In this document: positions 1-10,264 of the stretch, one piece after another
Position numbering within the stretch: the stretch's first letter is position 1
Layout: the number at the start of each line of letters is the position of its first letter
From: Candidatus Latescibacterota bacterium
GTDB taxonomy: Bacteria; Latescibacterota; UBA2968; GCA-2709665
Direction: 5' to 3'
DNA: 64,000 bases
NCBI GenBank assembly: GCA_965219995.1
Contig: CBDCOX010000002.1
Location: 5,344,001-5,408,000, forward strand
Translations under genes and position numbers: made by a program
The notes under the pieces: model-generated
Database searches by the model: none
What the model saw: the letters and a program-made list of their open reading frames with translations, nothing else
What the model was told of the DNA's origin: nothing

Positions 1-277
1 CGCCCCGGATCGCGATCCTCGTCGCACCCGCCCCCTGGTCGCGAAACGACAGGCCGGGCACCGACAGCACGTAGTCCTCGAAGCCGTCGGCACCCCGGCG
101 TTCGAGTCCCTCCCCGGTGAACGCCTGGAGCGCCGTCGCCACGTCCTGCTCGTTCTGTGTCCGCCGCTCGGCGGTGACCACGATTTCCTCGAGGAGGGTC
201 TCCTCGGCGGCGAGTTGCGTCGGCACCGCCAGGGTTAGCGAGGCGGCTGCCACGAAGAGATAACGTCGGTCGTTCAT
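1..277 (-). CDS. TonB-dependent receptor, N-terminal part (runs off window start)
   Basis: Manual translation from ATG at 277: MNDRRYLFVAAASLTLAVPTQLAAEETLLEEIVVTAERRTQNEQDVATALQAFTGEGLE...LSVPGLSF...RIAIRG = signal peptide, TonB box (EEIVVTA) and plug start; not in ORF track. Confidence 0.85.
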   Translation of the reverse strand, partial: MNDRRYLFVAAASLTLAVPTQLAAEETLLEEIVVTAERRTQNEQDVATALQAFTGEGLERRGADGFEDYVLSVPGLSFRDQGAGATRIAIRG

Positions 278-359
278 TTTCCGCTCCTGCGCTCGAGACG
301 GGGACACTCCTTGTGCGGCTACAGACGCATCCGGCGGTTCCTACCCCACCCGAGCCCGG

Positions 360-638
360 TTGGCGTGGGGAGGCCAGGCTTTGCAGGCCGACATCGCGAC
401 GCTCCACCAGATGCACAACTCGCTGCACAAGTTCTGGAGCCTCGGCAGGGAGCGGGGCGTGGAGGGTCTGATCAGCACGCACGCATGGTTTGTCGGGAAC
501 TTCGAGCAGCACGCCAGGGGGCGCGTGGACGGCAGGAATCCGCTGTTGATCGGCCAGGACGGGTTCGAGCGCATGATGGGCATCTACGACGCGTGCATCG
601 ACGCCCAGTTCGCCCGTTCTCACGCCAGGCTGGAGTGA
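360..638 (+). pseudogene. Probable C-terminal fragment of an MBL-fold (B3-like) hydrolase
   Basis: GLISTHAW...GRNPLLIG.DGFER...DACIDA resembles the C-terminus of B3-like metallo-hydrolases; no HxHxDH motif, 92 aa only. Confidence 0.4.
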
Positions 639-681
639 AAGCGCCCGTTGGGCGGCCCGTTGGGCGGCCCGGTCGGCGGTT

Positions 682-2574
682 TCAGCCGCCGTCGGACCGC
701 GCGAACGCGAAGCCCGGGTCCTGCCCGGCAAAGGCATCCTGGATGACGCGCCCCTCGGGACGCCTCGCGGCATCCTCCAGCGGAAGCTCGAGCCGGGACC
801 CGGACGGGCCGCCGAGAAACAGGGTGAGTACCGGAGCGGGATCGCGCTCCGGCACGTGGAGGTTGTCCCGGTCGGTGCCGGCGACAGTCAGCCGCAGGCG
901 GCTGCCGGCGCCGATCGATACCGAGACGGGGTAGAGTTCGAGCGCGGCCGTCATGCGTTCGCCAGGGCGGACTTCGAGCAGGTCCTCCGCGGCCTGGGAG
1001 TGCCAGGCAGGTCCGGCATGGGGCCGCGGACTCGCGCTCACCTTCCGGTGCCGCAGGTTCAGCCAGCCCTCCGTGACGTACTCGGCGCGGCCATCCGGCA
1101 GGACCTGCTCGAGGGTCGTGTGGAGAGCGCCGTCGGATGCCGTCGTGGCAAGTTCCAGGAAGAGCGTCGGCGAACCGGTGACCTCCATGGCCGCTTCCAG
1201 CGCCGGCGTCGTGAAGGTCGCGCAGCGTAGCGCCCTCGCCGCAAGCCCGGGGTGGCGGATGTACTCGTCGTGCAGCATGAAGCGCATGCGCCCCAGGCTG
1301 CCGAGCCCCGTCTCGTAGTCCACCCGGTACTCGGCCGTCGTCTCGGGGCCCGCGTTCCGCTCCAGGCCGCCGTCGAGAGCGGAGTCCAGGGTGCCGCTGG
1401 CGGTGTCGTTCAGGAACCAGGAGTCGGTTTCGACCTCCGGTACCGGCCAGCGCTCGGCGCCCTTCCAGACGCTCCGGCCCTCGAGGTCCGCCGTCGCGAA
1501 GATCACCCCGGGCTCGTCGGCGATGCCGTTGTCGATGCCCTTGAGCCAGTAGTCGAACCAGCGCAGCGGCTCCATGGTCGGCAGCACGCCGTGGTTCCAG
1601 GGGCCGACGATGATCCGCTTCGGACCGGTGAGCGCCTCGTAGAGGTCCAGGCACTCGCCCGGGAAGGTCATGTCCCACCAGCCGGTCTGCAGGTAGACGG
1701 CGGCACCGGAGCGGCTGATCCGTTCGAACTCGTCGAAGACGTCGCGCAAGGGGCCGAGTTCGGGGAACGGCGGCGGCGGCGCTCCCTCGGACATCGTGGC
1801 GACGTAGGCATCGCTGGTCATGTGCTCGAGCATGCCCGCATCGTCGGAGTCCACATACGTCGGTGCGCGCCCGGCAAGCGCTTCGGCGAACAGGCGTTCG
1901 CCGTCCGGGCCGTCCACCGGCGCCGCCACGTCCGTCCCGTCCTGGCCCTTGCGCATCTCCGACCAGTCGCGGGCGAACCCGGACATCGCGAGGCCGCCGT
2001 CGACGATGGCGTTGAGCATCGACGGCGGGATCTGCGGGACGATGCAGGCGAGATGCCGGGGCTGGAAGACGGCCGTCGCGAGCTGGATGACCCCTTCCCA
2101 GGAACCGCCGATCATCCCCACCCTGTCCGTCGCCCACTCCTGCTGCGCGATCCAGTCCACGACCTGCGCGACGTCGGCCGCGTTGCGCCAGGTCTGCATG
2201 GCGTTGGCGCCGAAGGACGCGCCCGTGCCGCGGAAGTCCACGCTGACCACGTTGTATCCGTACCGGATGACCTGCTGGCACGCCGGGCGCTGTTCGTAGG
2301 CCGTCACCAGCGCGCCGACCGGGAGATGCGCGGTCAACTGCGCGTACTTCGGGGCGTTGAACTCGTTCTCCTTCTTGTAGTACGCACGCCGGTAGCCGGT
2401 CGCCCGCACCACCGTCGGCAGCGGGCCGTCGAGCAGTTCCCCATCGCGGGTGGGACGCAGGATGTCCACGGCGATCCGGCAACCGTCGTCGACCGGAACG
2501 TGCACCGAAGAACGGGCGTACCCGTTCGCGACTTCGCTGGAATAGCCTTCGTAGACGTTGATCGTGGATTTCAT
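682..2574 (-). CDS. CocE/NonD family hydrolase (S15)
   Basis: DFRGTGASFG, GMIGGSWEG nucleophile elbow, GWWD, GPWNHG, PepX C-terminal domain. Confidence 0.9.
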   Translation of the reverse strand: MKSTINVYEGYSSEVANGYARSSVHVPVDDGCRIAVDILRPTRDGELLDGPLPTVVRATGYRRAYYKKENEFNAPKYAQLTAHLPVGALVTAYEQRPACQQVIRYGYNVVSVDFRGTGASFGANAMQTWRNAADVAQVVDWIAQQEWATDRVGMIGGSWEGVIQLATAVFQPRHLACIVPQIPPSMLNAIVDGGLAMSGFARDWSEMRKGQDGTDVAAPVDGPDGERLFAEALAGRAPTYVDSDDAGMLEHMTSDAYVATMSEGAPPPPFPELGPLRDVFDEFERISRSGAAVYLQTGWWDMTFPGECLDLYEALTGPKRIIVGPWNHGVLPTMEPLRWFDYWLKGIDNGIADEPGVIFATADLEGRSVWKGAERWPVPEVETDSWFLNDTASGTLDSALDGGLERNAGPETTAEYRVDYETGLGSLGRMRFMLHDEYIRHPGLAARALRCATFTTPALEAAMEVTGSPTLFLELATTASDGALHTTLEQVLPDGRAEYVTEGWLNLRHRKVSASPRPHAGPAWHSQAAEDLLEVRPGERMTAALELYPVSVSIGAGSRLRLTVAGTDRDNLHVPERDPAPVLTLFLGGPSGSRLELPLEDAARRPEGRVIQDAFAGQDPGFAFARSDGG

Positions 2575-2625
2575 GCTTCAGGCTCGTGCGGTTCAGTTCG
2601 ACGCGTATGGTATGCGACTGCTGGT

Positions 2626-3969
2626 TCAGCCGGCTGCTTTCTCCCAGAGTCTCCGGATGGGCACGGCGTAGAGCCCGTCCCCAAAGCTCAGGGAAAGCTC
2701 CCCGTCGTAGAGCACTACACCGCCGGCGAAGCGGGTGCCGGCCGTTCTCGCGAGCTTGCGCAAGCCGTTGAAGTCGCTCCCCTTCACCGTGGCGCCCGCC
2801 TTCACCTCCACGCCCGCCACGGCGTTGCCGCGCTCGACCACGATGTCCACTTCCACCTTGTCCTTGTCGCGGTAGTGGTAGAGGGCCACACGCTCGTCCA
2901 GCCAACTTGCCTGCCGGCGGATTTCCTGGAACACGAAGGTCTCGAGCAGGGGTCCCAGCATTGACCCATCGTTCGTCAATCCCTGCGCGTCGACGCTGAG
3001 CAACGAGCAGGCGACGCCCGTATCCCCCATGTGCAGCTTCGGCGTCTTGATCAAGCGACTCGCCCGGTTGCTGTGCCAGGGGGGCAGCCGCTCGAGCAGG
3101 AAAATGCGCTCGAGCAGACTGAGGTAGTCGTTGATGGTCGGTCTGCTCACCTGAAACGGCGATGCGAGGTCCGACACGTTCAACAACCGTGCGGACTGGC
3201 TCGCCGCCAGTCCGAGCAGCCGGGGCAAGGCTTCCAGGGCGGCGATGCGTGCCAGGCTCCGAACGTCCCGCTGTACCAGCGCCTCGATGTAGTCGCGGTA
3301 CCAGTTCGCGCGCCGCCGCGCGGTGGGGCGCGCCAGTGCCGCCGGGTAGCCGCCGGCGACGATGCGCTCGGCGAGTCGGGCGCCCAGCCGATCGGTTCGC
3401 TGCAATCCGAACTCCCCGCCGAACAGCTTGTCGAGAAAGTCATGCCCGGCGCCCGAACCAGCGGGTTCCGCGGCCTGGAGCTCGCTCTGTGACAGGGGAT
3501 GCAATCGCACGATCTGCATGCGGCCGGCCAACGAGTCCGCAAGGCGGGGAAGCAGCAGGACGTTGGTGGAACCGGCCAACAGGAACCGGCCGGGAACCCG
3601 GCGGCGGTCCACCTCCAGTTTCAGGGTACCGAAGAGCTCCGGCACGTGCTGCACTTCGTCGAGGATGACGCGTTCGGGCAGATTCGCGACGAAGCCCATG
3701 GGATCCGCATCCGCCGATGCGCGGATGCCTGTATCGTCAAAGCTGAGGTACTGGTACTCGCGCCCTGGCGGCTCGATGGGCGTGTCTGTCCGGTCTTCCG
3801 TTTCGGATGCCTCGAGACGCGGGGACAGGGTCGCCGGGGCACACACCATTTGCGCGAGCGTCGTCTTGCCGCATTGGCGCGGGCCATGAATCAGGACGAC
3901 CGGCGAGTCTTCGAGCGCCTCGACGAGTTGGCGTTCTGCACGGCGCGGATGGAGTGGGGCCCGATCCAT
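2626..3969 (-). CDS. AAA+ ATPase with DUF4143 domain (COG1373)
   Basis: Walker A GPRQCGKT, ILDEVQ, LAGS, GGYP, KTPKLH.DTG, C-terminal EVDIVVE...GVEVKAG (PD-(D/E)XK-like). Confidence 0.92.
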   Translation of the reverse strand: MDRAPLHPRRAERQLVEALEDSPVVLIHGPRQCGKTTLAQMVCAPATLSPRLEASETEDRTDTPIEPPGREYQYLSFDDTGIRASADADPMGFVANLPERVILDEVQHVPELFGTLKLEVDRRRVPGRFLLAGSTNVLLLPRLADSLAGRMQIVRLHPLSQSELQAAEPAGSGAGHDFLDKLFGGEFGLQRTDRLGARLAERIVAGGYPAALARPTARRRANWYRDYIEALVQRDVRSLARIAALEALPRLLGLAASQSARLLNVSDLASPFQVSRPTINDYLSLLERIFLLERLPPWHSNRASRLIKTPKLHMGDTGVACSLLSVDAQGLTNDGSMLGPLLETFVFQEIRRQASWLDERVALYHYRDKDKVEVDIVVERGNAVAGVEVKAGATVKGSDFNGLRKLARTAGTRFAGGVVLYDGELSLSFGDGLYAVPIRRLWEKAAG

Positions 3970-3991
3970 CGGCTATTTGTAACATTGTAAT

Positions 3992-4049
3992 CGTCCGATT
4001 GAAAGGTTTACCCCCGTCCAATTGAAACATTCCCATCGTCTGATTGAAA
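3992..4049. repeat. Three 13-bp direct repeats CGTC(C/T)(G/A)ATTGAAA upstream of DUF4143 ATPase
   Basis: CGTCCGATTGAAA 3992-4004, CGTCCAATTGAAA 4015-4027, CGTCTGATTGAAA 4037-4049; periods 23 and 22 bp. Confidence 0.8.
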
Positions 4050-4057
4050 TCTCATCT

Positions 4058-4084
4058 GGCGGGGACCCCAATCGGGGTCCCGCC
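4058..4084 (-). terminator. GC-rich hairpin downstream of amidohydrolase
   Basis: ggcggggacccc-aatc-ggggtcccgcc imperfect inverted repeat about 30 bp after the stop at 4113; no clear U-tract. Confidence 0.4.
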
Positions 4085-4112
4085 GACGTACTCCCTCTTC
4101 CCGCCTCGACCG

Positions 4113-5345
4113 TCAGCCCAGTTCATTGCGGATGAAGGCACCCTCCTTCATGACCACGGGCATCTCGGCCCGGTAGCGCTCGAAGATGCTGATGTCGTCC
4201 AGCGGATTCCCGTTCAGGACCAGGAGGTCGGCGAAGTAGCCGGGCGCGACCCGCCCGAGATCGTCGCCGCGCTGGGCGATCTCGGCGTTCACCGAGGTCG
4301 CGGAGCGCAGGATGTCGATGGGCCTGTCCACCTCGGACCGGTAGCGCATCTCGCTCGCCTGCATCTCGTGGAACTCCGTGCCGAAGAGGTCCGTGCCCAT
4401 GCCGATCTTCACGCCGGCGCGCCGGCACGACTCGATGGAGGCCAGGGCGACATCCAGCATGTCGCCTACCTTGTCGATGCTCTCCTGGGGCATGCCCGCC
4501 TCGGCGCCGCTTTCCAGGATTTCATGCACGACAGCGAGGGTCGGCACGGTACAGGAACCGGCCTCCGCGATCAGGCGCGCCGTCTCGTCGGTGACGTGGG
4601 TCGCGTGATCGATGGAGCGGATACCGGTCTCCACGCAGCGCCGCGCCCCGTCGTCGGTGTGGCAGTGGGCGATCACGTACTTGCGCCGGGTGGCCGCTTC
4701 CTCCACGGCGGCGAGCAGTTCGTCGTTGGTGAACTGGGGCATCCAGATGGGATCGGTGGGAGAGGCAACGCCCCCGGAGATGAACACCTTGATGTGATCC
4801 GCGCCCTTGCGCAGTTCATCCCGGGCGACCTTGCGCACTTCGTCCACCCCGTCCACCACCTGGCAGATCACCCCGGAATAGGCGCAGTTGCAGGGTTCCA
4901 CCTGCACGCCAACGCGCATGTCGCCATGGCCGCCGGTCTGGGAGAGCGCCTTGCCGCCGTACAGAACCCTCGGGCCGCGTACCAGGCCGTGCTCGACCGC
5001 CAGGTACAGGCCTACATCGCCGCCGCCCGGGTCGCGCACCGTGGTGAAGCCCCGCTGCGCGGCATCTTCGAGATGCTTGAAGGCGTAGCTGACCAGAAAC
5101 GGCTTGGGCATGCGGTCGAGCGCCTGCATGTCGAAGGTGGGCGAATAGGCGTGGAAGTGCAGGTCGAGCAGACCCGGCATCAGGAAGCGGCCGCCGCAGT
5201 CGATGACGGTCGCGCCGTCCAGCGAGAGCGGCCGGTCGGAGACTTCGCGAATGCGGTCGTCCTCGACGGCGACGTGCATGCCGCCCTCGACCGTCTCGTT
5301 CACGCCGTCGAACAGTTCGCAGTTGGCCAGTACGTACAGACTCAT
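4113..5345 (-). CDS. Amidohydrolase family protein (Xaa-Pro dipeptidase-like subgroup)
   Basis: MPGLLDLHFH, GFTTVRDPGG, LSQTGGHGD, GADHIKV, AHCH, GTD; start taken at MSLYVLAN. Confidence 0.92.
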   Translation of the reverse strand: MSLYVLANCELFDGVNETVEGGMHVAVEDDRIREVSDRPLSLDGATVIDCGGRFLMPGLLDLHFHAYSPTFDMQALDRMPKPFLVSYAFKHLEDAAQRGFTTVRDPGGGDVGLYLAVEHGLVRGPRVLYGGKALSQTGGHGDMRVGVQVEPCNCAYSGVICQVVDGVDEVRKVARDELRKGADHIKVFISGGVASPTDPIWMPQFTNDELLAAVEEAATRRKYVIAHCHTDDGARRCVETGIRSIDHATHVTDETARLIAEAGSCTVPTLAVVHEILESGAEAGMPQESIDKVGDMLDVALASIESCRRAGVKIGMGTDLFGTEFHEMQASEMRYRSEVDRPIDILRSATSVNAEIAQRGDDLGRVAPGYFADLLVLNGNPLDDISIFERYRAEMPVVMKEGAFIRNELG

Positions 5346-5511
5346 GGGGCTTCCTCTCAATCGCCGTGGGCGCCTTCGACAATGGACGCAACATGCCACG
5401 GGGGACCGCAGCCTTGGGGAGGCGCTTTGGGGAGGCGACAGAGGTCGTGCGTCTCATGCGTTGCTCGCGAGCTTCCGTCGGGCCACTCAGGCGCGGGACA
5501 TGCCACACACG

Positions 5512-6927
5512 ATGAAACGCTATGCGACGCTGGCGTCCGTCCTGTTCCTGGGGCTGGCCGGCGCTGCCCGGTCCGAGGCGCCCGCCTCCGCCGAGTCCTC
5601 CGTCACCGCCCTGGTCGGCGCCACCCTGATCGACGGCACCGGCGCGGCGCCGCTCGCGGATGCCGTCGTGCTCATCGAGGGAACAAAGATCACGGCAGCC
5701 GGCGCCCGCGCCGACGTACCGGTCCCGGAAGGCGCCAGCACGGTCGATGTCGCCGGCAAGTGGCTGGTGCCCGGGCTGATCGACGCCCACGTCCACTTCA
5801 TGGAATCCGGGCGCATCTACACCAAGCCGGGGCAGATCAACCTGACCCACCTGGTGCCCTACGACGAGGAAGTGGCCTGGATGCAGCAGCGCGTACCGGT
5901 CACGCTCACGTCATACCTGTGCGCCGGCGTCACCGGCGCCGTGTCGGTCGGCGGCCCGCGGTTCGAGTACGAGGTTCGCGAGCAGGCCCGCGCGCGCCCC
6001 GACGCCCCCGATGTGTACGTCGCCCACGGACCGGTCACGCTGGTGCCCGCGCAGGCCCTCTTCCCGCCGTTCGACGGCGACACGTCGGTGCGCTCGGTCA
6101 CGGACCCCGCCAGCGCCGCGGAGACCATCCGCCAGGGCGCCGAATGGAAGGCCGACCTGGTCAAGACCGGCTACCTGGGCGGACCCTTCGCCGTGTACGA
6201 ACAGGACTACGCCGCCGTGCACGAGGCGATCGTCGCCGAGTCCGCGCTGCACGGCTTGCCGGTCACCAGCCATGTCACGGAACTTGCGCCGGCACGCACC
6301 CTGATCGAACTGGGGGTCGACAGCCTGCAGCATCTGCCCCTCGACGCTCCCCTCGACGAGGCGTTCCTGGCCCTGGCAAAGGCCAGCGGGGTCGTCGTGG
6401 TGCCCACCCTCGCCGTCTGGAAGCGGAACTTCGTGGACATCTACGACCGGAGCTTCGACCTCCTGCCGATCGAGGAGCAATGCGGCGACCCGCAGGTGAT
6501 CGCTTCCTGGCACGAAGTCGACGATCTGCCGACGCCGCCGCCGGAGGTGATGGAGATGTTCGGAGCGAGCATCACCGTCGCGTCAGCGAACACCGGGCTC
6601 CTCCTCGATGCCGGCGTGCCGCTCGCGGCGGGGTCCGACACCGGCAACCTCGGGCTGCTGCACGGCGCTTCCCTGCACTATGAGCTGAAGCTCATGGGCG
6701 ACGCCGGGGTACCGCCCGCGGAGCTGATCGTCGCCGCGACCCTGAACGCCGCGACGGTTGCCGGACAGGCGCACCGGGTCGGCTCCATCGAGCCCGGCAA
6801 GCAGGCGGACGTGCTCGTCCTCGACGCCGACCCGCTGGCGGACATCGGCAACCTGCAGGCGATCGACCGGGTCATGAAGAGCGGCGCCCTGTTCGACCAC
6901 GCGACATTGCTGCCGCCCGCGGGGTAA
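5512..6927 (+). CDS. Secreted amidohydrolase family protein
   Basis: Signal peptide MKRYATLASVLFLGLAGAARS; PGLIDAHVH; GSDTG; GSIEPGKQADVLVLDADP. Confidence 0.9.
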   Translation: MKRYATLASVLFLGLAGAARSEAPASAESSVTALVGATLIDGTGAAPLADAVVLIEGTKITAAGARADVPVPEGASTVDVAGKWLVPGLIDAHVHFMESGRIYTKPGQINLTHLVPYDEEVAWMQQRVPVTLTSYLCAGVTGAVSVGGPRFEYEVREQARARPDAPDVYVAHGPVTLVPAQALFPPFDGDTSVRSVTDPASAAETIRQGAEWKADLVKTGYLGGPFAVYEQDYAAVHEAIVAESALHGLPVTSHVTELAPARTLIELGVDSLQHLPLDAPLDEAFLALAKASGVVVVPTLAVWKRNFVDIYDRSFDLLPIEEQCGDPQVIASWHEVDDLPTPPPEVMEMFGASITVASANTGLLLDAGVPLAAGSDTGNLGLLHGASLHYELKLMGDAGVPPAELIVAATLNAATVAGQAHRVGSIEPGKQADVLVLDADPLADIGNLQAIDRVMKSGALFDHATLLPPAG

Positions 6928-6933
6928 CCGTCC

Positions 6934-8358
6934 ATGAAAGCACTCCATCATCCGCTTCTGCTTCTGGTTTTGCTAATCGCCCAGACCGGCGCCGCGGAAC
7001 ATCGCATCGAGAACGCCAACGTCATTCCCATGACCGGGGAAGGCGTGCTGGAGGGCCACTCGGTACTGGTACGCGACGGCCTCATCGCCGCGATCTGCGC
7101 ACCGGGCGCCCCGTGCGGCGGCGACGACGCCGAGGTTATCGACGGCGCGGGCAAGTTCCTCATTCCCGGCCTGATCGACATGCACGCCCACACCAACCCG
7201 GGCGACCCCTCGGCCGTGGATGGGGAGACGTGGGAGATGCTCCAACGCATCCAGTCCCAGCAGTTGCGCCAGTACGTGATGTTCGGCGTCACCACCCTGC
7301 GCGACACCGCCGGCGGCCCGGTCAACCTCGAGGTGCGCGAACGGATCGAGCGCGGAGAGGCCTTCGGACCGCGCCTCTTCACCGCATTCGGCGCGATGGA
7401 CGGCAACCCGCCCCTGCACGCCGCCACCACGCCCTTCGGGAGCGGTGAAGCGGCGGCCGCCTACGTGTTCAACACGGCGGCCGCCGGCTACGACTTCGTC
7501 AAGATCTACTCCACCCTGCGCAGACCCGTCTTCGACGCGATCGTCGACGCCGCCGAGGAAGTCGGCCTGCCGGTCGTCGGCCACGTGCCGATGCCGATCG
7601 ACGTCGAGTACGCGCTCCAGCGCGGCATGCGCTCGATCGAGCACCTCTCCGGTTACGACATCGCCTGCGCGGGACCCGAGGCGGGACTCCAGCCGATCAT
7701 GGCCGATGTCTACCAGGGCATGAACTACTGCACCCCGGAGAAGATCCGGAAGCTCGCCGAGATGACGGCGCGGTACGACGCCTGGAACTGCCCCACCCTC
7801 ATCGTCCAGGACAACGTGAAGTCCGAGTGGGACCGCCATACCGGCTTCGACGAGGAAGAGGCCCGCTACACGCCGCCGATGCTGCGCTACTTCCAGGCGT
7901 ACCTGTACGAGATCTTCCTGCCCCGGGCGCGCGCCGGGCTGAAGGCCGCCCGGACGCCGCGAATGGCGCTGGTCAAGGCGCTGAGCGACGCCGGCGCGCC
8001 CCTCCTGCTCGGGACCGACACCACCGCTTCCGGCTACAACGTGCACCAGGAACTGGCGCTGCTGGTCGAATCCGGCCTCACGCCCTACCAGGCACTGACC
8101 GCGGCCACTTCGGAACCGGCGCGCTATTTCGAACGCGTCGGCGAGTTCGGGACCATCGTCCCTGGCGGCAGCGCGGACCTCGTGCTGCTCGACGGGAACC
8201 CGCTCACGGACATCGAGAACTCCCGCGGCATCGCCGGGGTCATGCTGCGCGGCGACTGGTGGCCCAGGCCGCGCATCGAGCGGGAGCTCGCATCGCTTCA
8301 GGCGGAGTACGCGCGCGACGCGGCAGTCCTGGAGGAGCAGGGCCGGGGCGCGCCTTGA
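6934..8358 (+). CDS. Secreted amidohydrolase family protein
   Basis: Signal peptide; PGLIDMHAH, GVTTLRD, GYDFVKIY, VVGHVP, SIEHL, GTD. Confidence 0.9.
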   Translation: MKALHHPLLLLVLLIAQTGAAEHRIENANVIPMTGEGVLEGHSVLVRDGLIAAICAPGAPCGGDDAEVIDGAGKFLIPGLIDMHAHTNPGDPSAVDGETWEMLQRIQSQQLRQYVMFGVTTLRDTAGGPVNLEVRERIERGEAFGPRLFTAFGAMDGNPPLHAATTPFGSGEAAAAYVFNTAAAGYDFVKIYSTLRRPVFDAIVDAAEEVGLPVVGHVPMPIDVEYALQRGMRSIEHLSGYDIACAGPEAGLQPIMADVYQGMNYCTPEKIRKLAEMTARYDAWNCPTLIVQDNVKSEWDRHTGFDEEEARYTPPMLRYFQAYLYEIFLPRARAGLKAARTPRMALVKALSDAGAPLLLGTDTTASGYNVHQELALLVESGLTPYQALTAATSEPARYFERVGEFGTIVPGGSADLVLLDGNPLTDIENSRGIAGVMLRGDWWPRPRIERELASLQAEYARDAAVLEEQGRGAP

Positions 8359-8503
8359 CGCCCCAAGATCAAAGCTCGGATCGGCTCCGATGTTCCGAGT
8401 CGTGCTGACAACCGGTTAACAACCGGTTCGACCGCTGTTGACCAATGCGTCGCCGTACATTAATTTGATGTCGTTGACTTTCACCAGATGTCAGGACGAC
8501 CAC

Positions 8504-8725
8504 GTGAGCCAAATCACCGCCCGCCTGCCCGACGAGGTCGTCGAAGCCCTCGACGCCACCGCCCACCGGTTGAACCGTAGCCGCGCAGAGATCATCCGCC
8601 AAGCCATCGAGCGCTACCTGGAGGACTTCGACGACCTGTCCGTAGCCCTCGAACGACTTCAGGACCCGAGTGACCCCGTACTGGACTGGGACGAAGTCCG
8701 TGCCGCGTTACTCGATCACGATTAA
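8504..8725 (+). CDS. RHH/CopG-family antitoxin (RelB-like)
   Basis: GTG start; ITARLPDEVVEALD...RSRAEIIRQAIERYLED ribbon-helix-helix with acidic tail; overlaps toxin gene. Confidence 0.85.
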   Translation: MSQITARLPDEVVEALDATAHRLNRSRAEIIRQAIERYLEDFDDLSVALERLQDPSDPVLDWDEVRAALLDHD

Positions 8726-8969
8726 GCGGAGCGCGGCCCGGGAGCTTCAGCGCGTCCCTCTGCCCGACCGTACGCGCGTCACACGGGCCATCGACCGGTT
8801 AGCCGATAGCCCGATGGCCGGGAGTTCGCTCAAGGGAGGGCTCAAGGGCATCCGTCGCTTGCGAGCGGGCGATTACCGGGTCCTCTACGAGGTCCAGGAG
8901 ACCGCATTGGTCGTACTGGTCGTCCGTGTGGCCCACCGACGCGATGCCTACCGGCGCCCCGTCGCCTGA
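8700..8969 (+). CDS. RelE/ParE family toxin
   Basis: YSITIKRSAARELQRV...LKG...RRLRAGDYRVLYEV...VLVVRVAHRRDAYR. Confidence 0.9.
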   Translation: MPRYSITIKRSAARELQRVPLPDRTRVTRAIDRLADSPMAGSSLKGGLKGIRRLRAGDYRVLYEVQETALVVLVVRVAHRRDAYRRPVA

Positions 8970-9037
8970 CCGCAGCTCCAGGCAGCCGACTATTTCCGCG
9001 GCGGGGGCAACTGGCGGTACGAACGAATGAGCAAAAG

Positions 9038-9265
9038 ATCAAAGACACCGAGCTACTCGACCGCATCACCGTCCGCGGCGACGTTTTCGGCGGGAAGCCC
9101 ATCATCCGCGGCACGCGCATCGCGGTGGAGCATGTGCTGGCCATGCTGGCGGCTGGAGGTATCGCCGAGACCATCCTCCGGGAGTACCCTGACATCCATG
9201 CCGAGGACATCCGCGCCTGCCTGTTGTTCGCCCATCGCTCACTCGCGGGAGAACATTGTGTATGA
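9038..9265 (+). pseudogene. DUF433 domain protein lacking a canonical start codon
   Basis: Frame missed by ORF track: (ATC)KDTELLDRITVRGDVFGGKPIIRGTRIAVEHVLAMLAAG...ILREYPDIHAEDIRACLLFAH; ATC where ATG expected; no downstream PIN/DUF5615 partner. Confidence 0.75.
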
Positions 9266-10264
9266 CGGCGGCGCTGGACGTTACGGCGCGATACCGAAGT
9301 TCTCTGCCAGAAAGTCCAGCGTTGCCGGCTGAGTTAGTTTGCAGACGACGTTCTGATTTGCGAAAACTCCTGGGAACGTCACAGCCTCCTCCAAAGGGAC
9401 CGTCTTGTGCCAGTTGATGCCTACTAGGTATTCGGCCAAGTCCATGTCCCCGGCATCGTGGAGGATGCCTGGATCGGCTAGCTGTTCGGCATTCAAGGCG
9501 TCGCCATCGGCACGAAAATCCTTGGCCATAACAGGGGGCGCGGTGACGATGCCAAAACCGACGTACCCACGACGCTTCTGGTAGGCGTAGACCGGATCGC
9601 CGGGGCTTAACCTATCTAGTTGAATGGAGTATCGGCGGCCGTATCCGGCAGCGATGAATCCGAACCTGCGCATGTCGTCCCAGCTGCGCACGCCATCATC
9701 GTGGCCCACATTGACATAGAAGTAGCCCGTCCACGGCGCTACCCTCCGTCGCTCTGCGCGCTCGACGACCTGTTCCTGGTCCATCAGCCAGTCGGCGGTG
9801 AGGTACCGTCGACTGTCTTCCTCAAAGACGTTGAAGAAGGCTGTGTTGATGGCTACGCCATGCTCGTTGGCCAGATACTTGACGATGCGCTCGGATGAAG
9901 CGTCTAACTCGCTCGCGACGATGACCATGTTGTGGCTGGTGTTGAGGACCTCGGGCAGTGGTCCATCGAAGCGGTCCTTGAACGCGTTGCCAAGGGTCAT
10001 GCCGTCCCGTTCGGCGATCTGGTGGATGTCGGCTGTTTCAAGGCCCGCAACCCAGCTGGCGTAGTCCAACACTTGGGCGATGATGTCGCGCGGTGTACGG
10101 TCGCGCTTCAGCTCGATGATGGAGAGGTCCCCCTCCTGGTTGATCGCCAGGATGTCAATACGACCGCCGCTTTTGGTCAGCACCTCGCGTCCGATGACGA
10201 GCACATCCAGACCAACCTTGCCCGGATCCTCGGCGACCCAGCGTTGCAGCGTCGCCTCGTTAGC

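Noticed and set aside
643-678. 12-bp tandem GCCCGTTGGGCG repeat
   Set aside because: Under three GC-rich units between convergent genes; no functional evidence
3992-4049. ATTGAAA-ending repeats reminiscent of CRISPR repeat 3' ends
   Set aside because: Repeats are 13 bp with 9-10 bp gaps, far too short; no cas genes in the window
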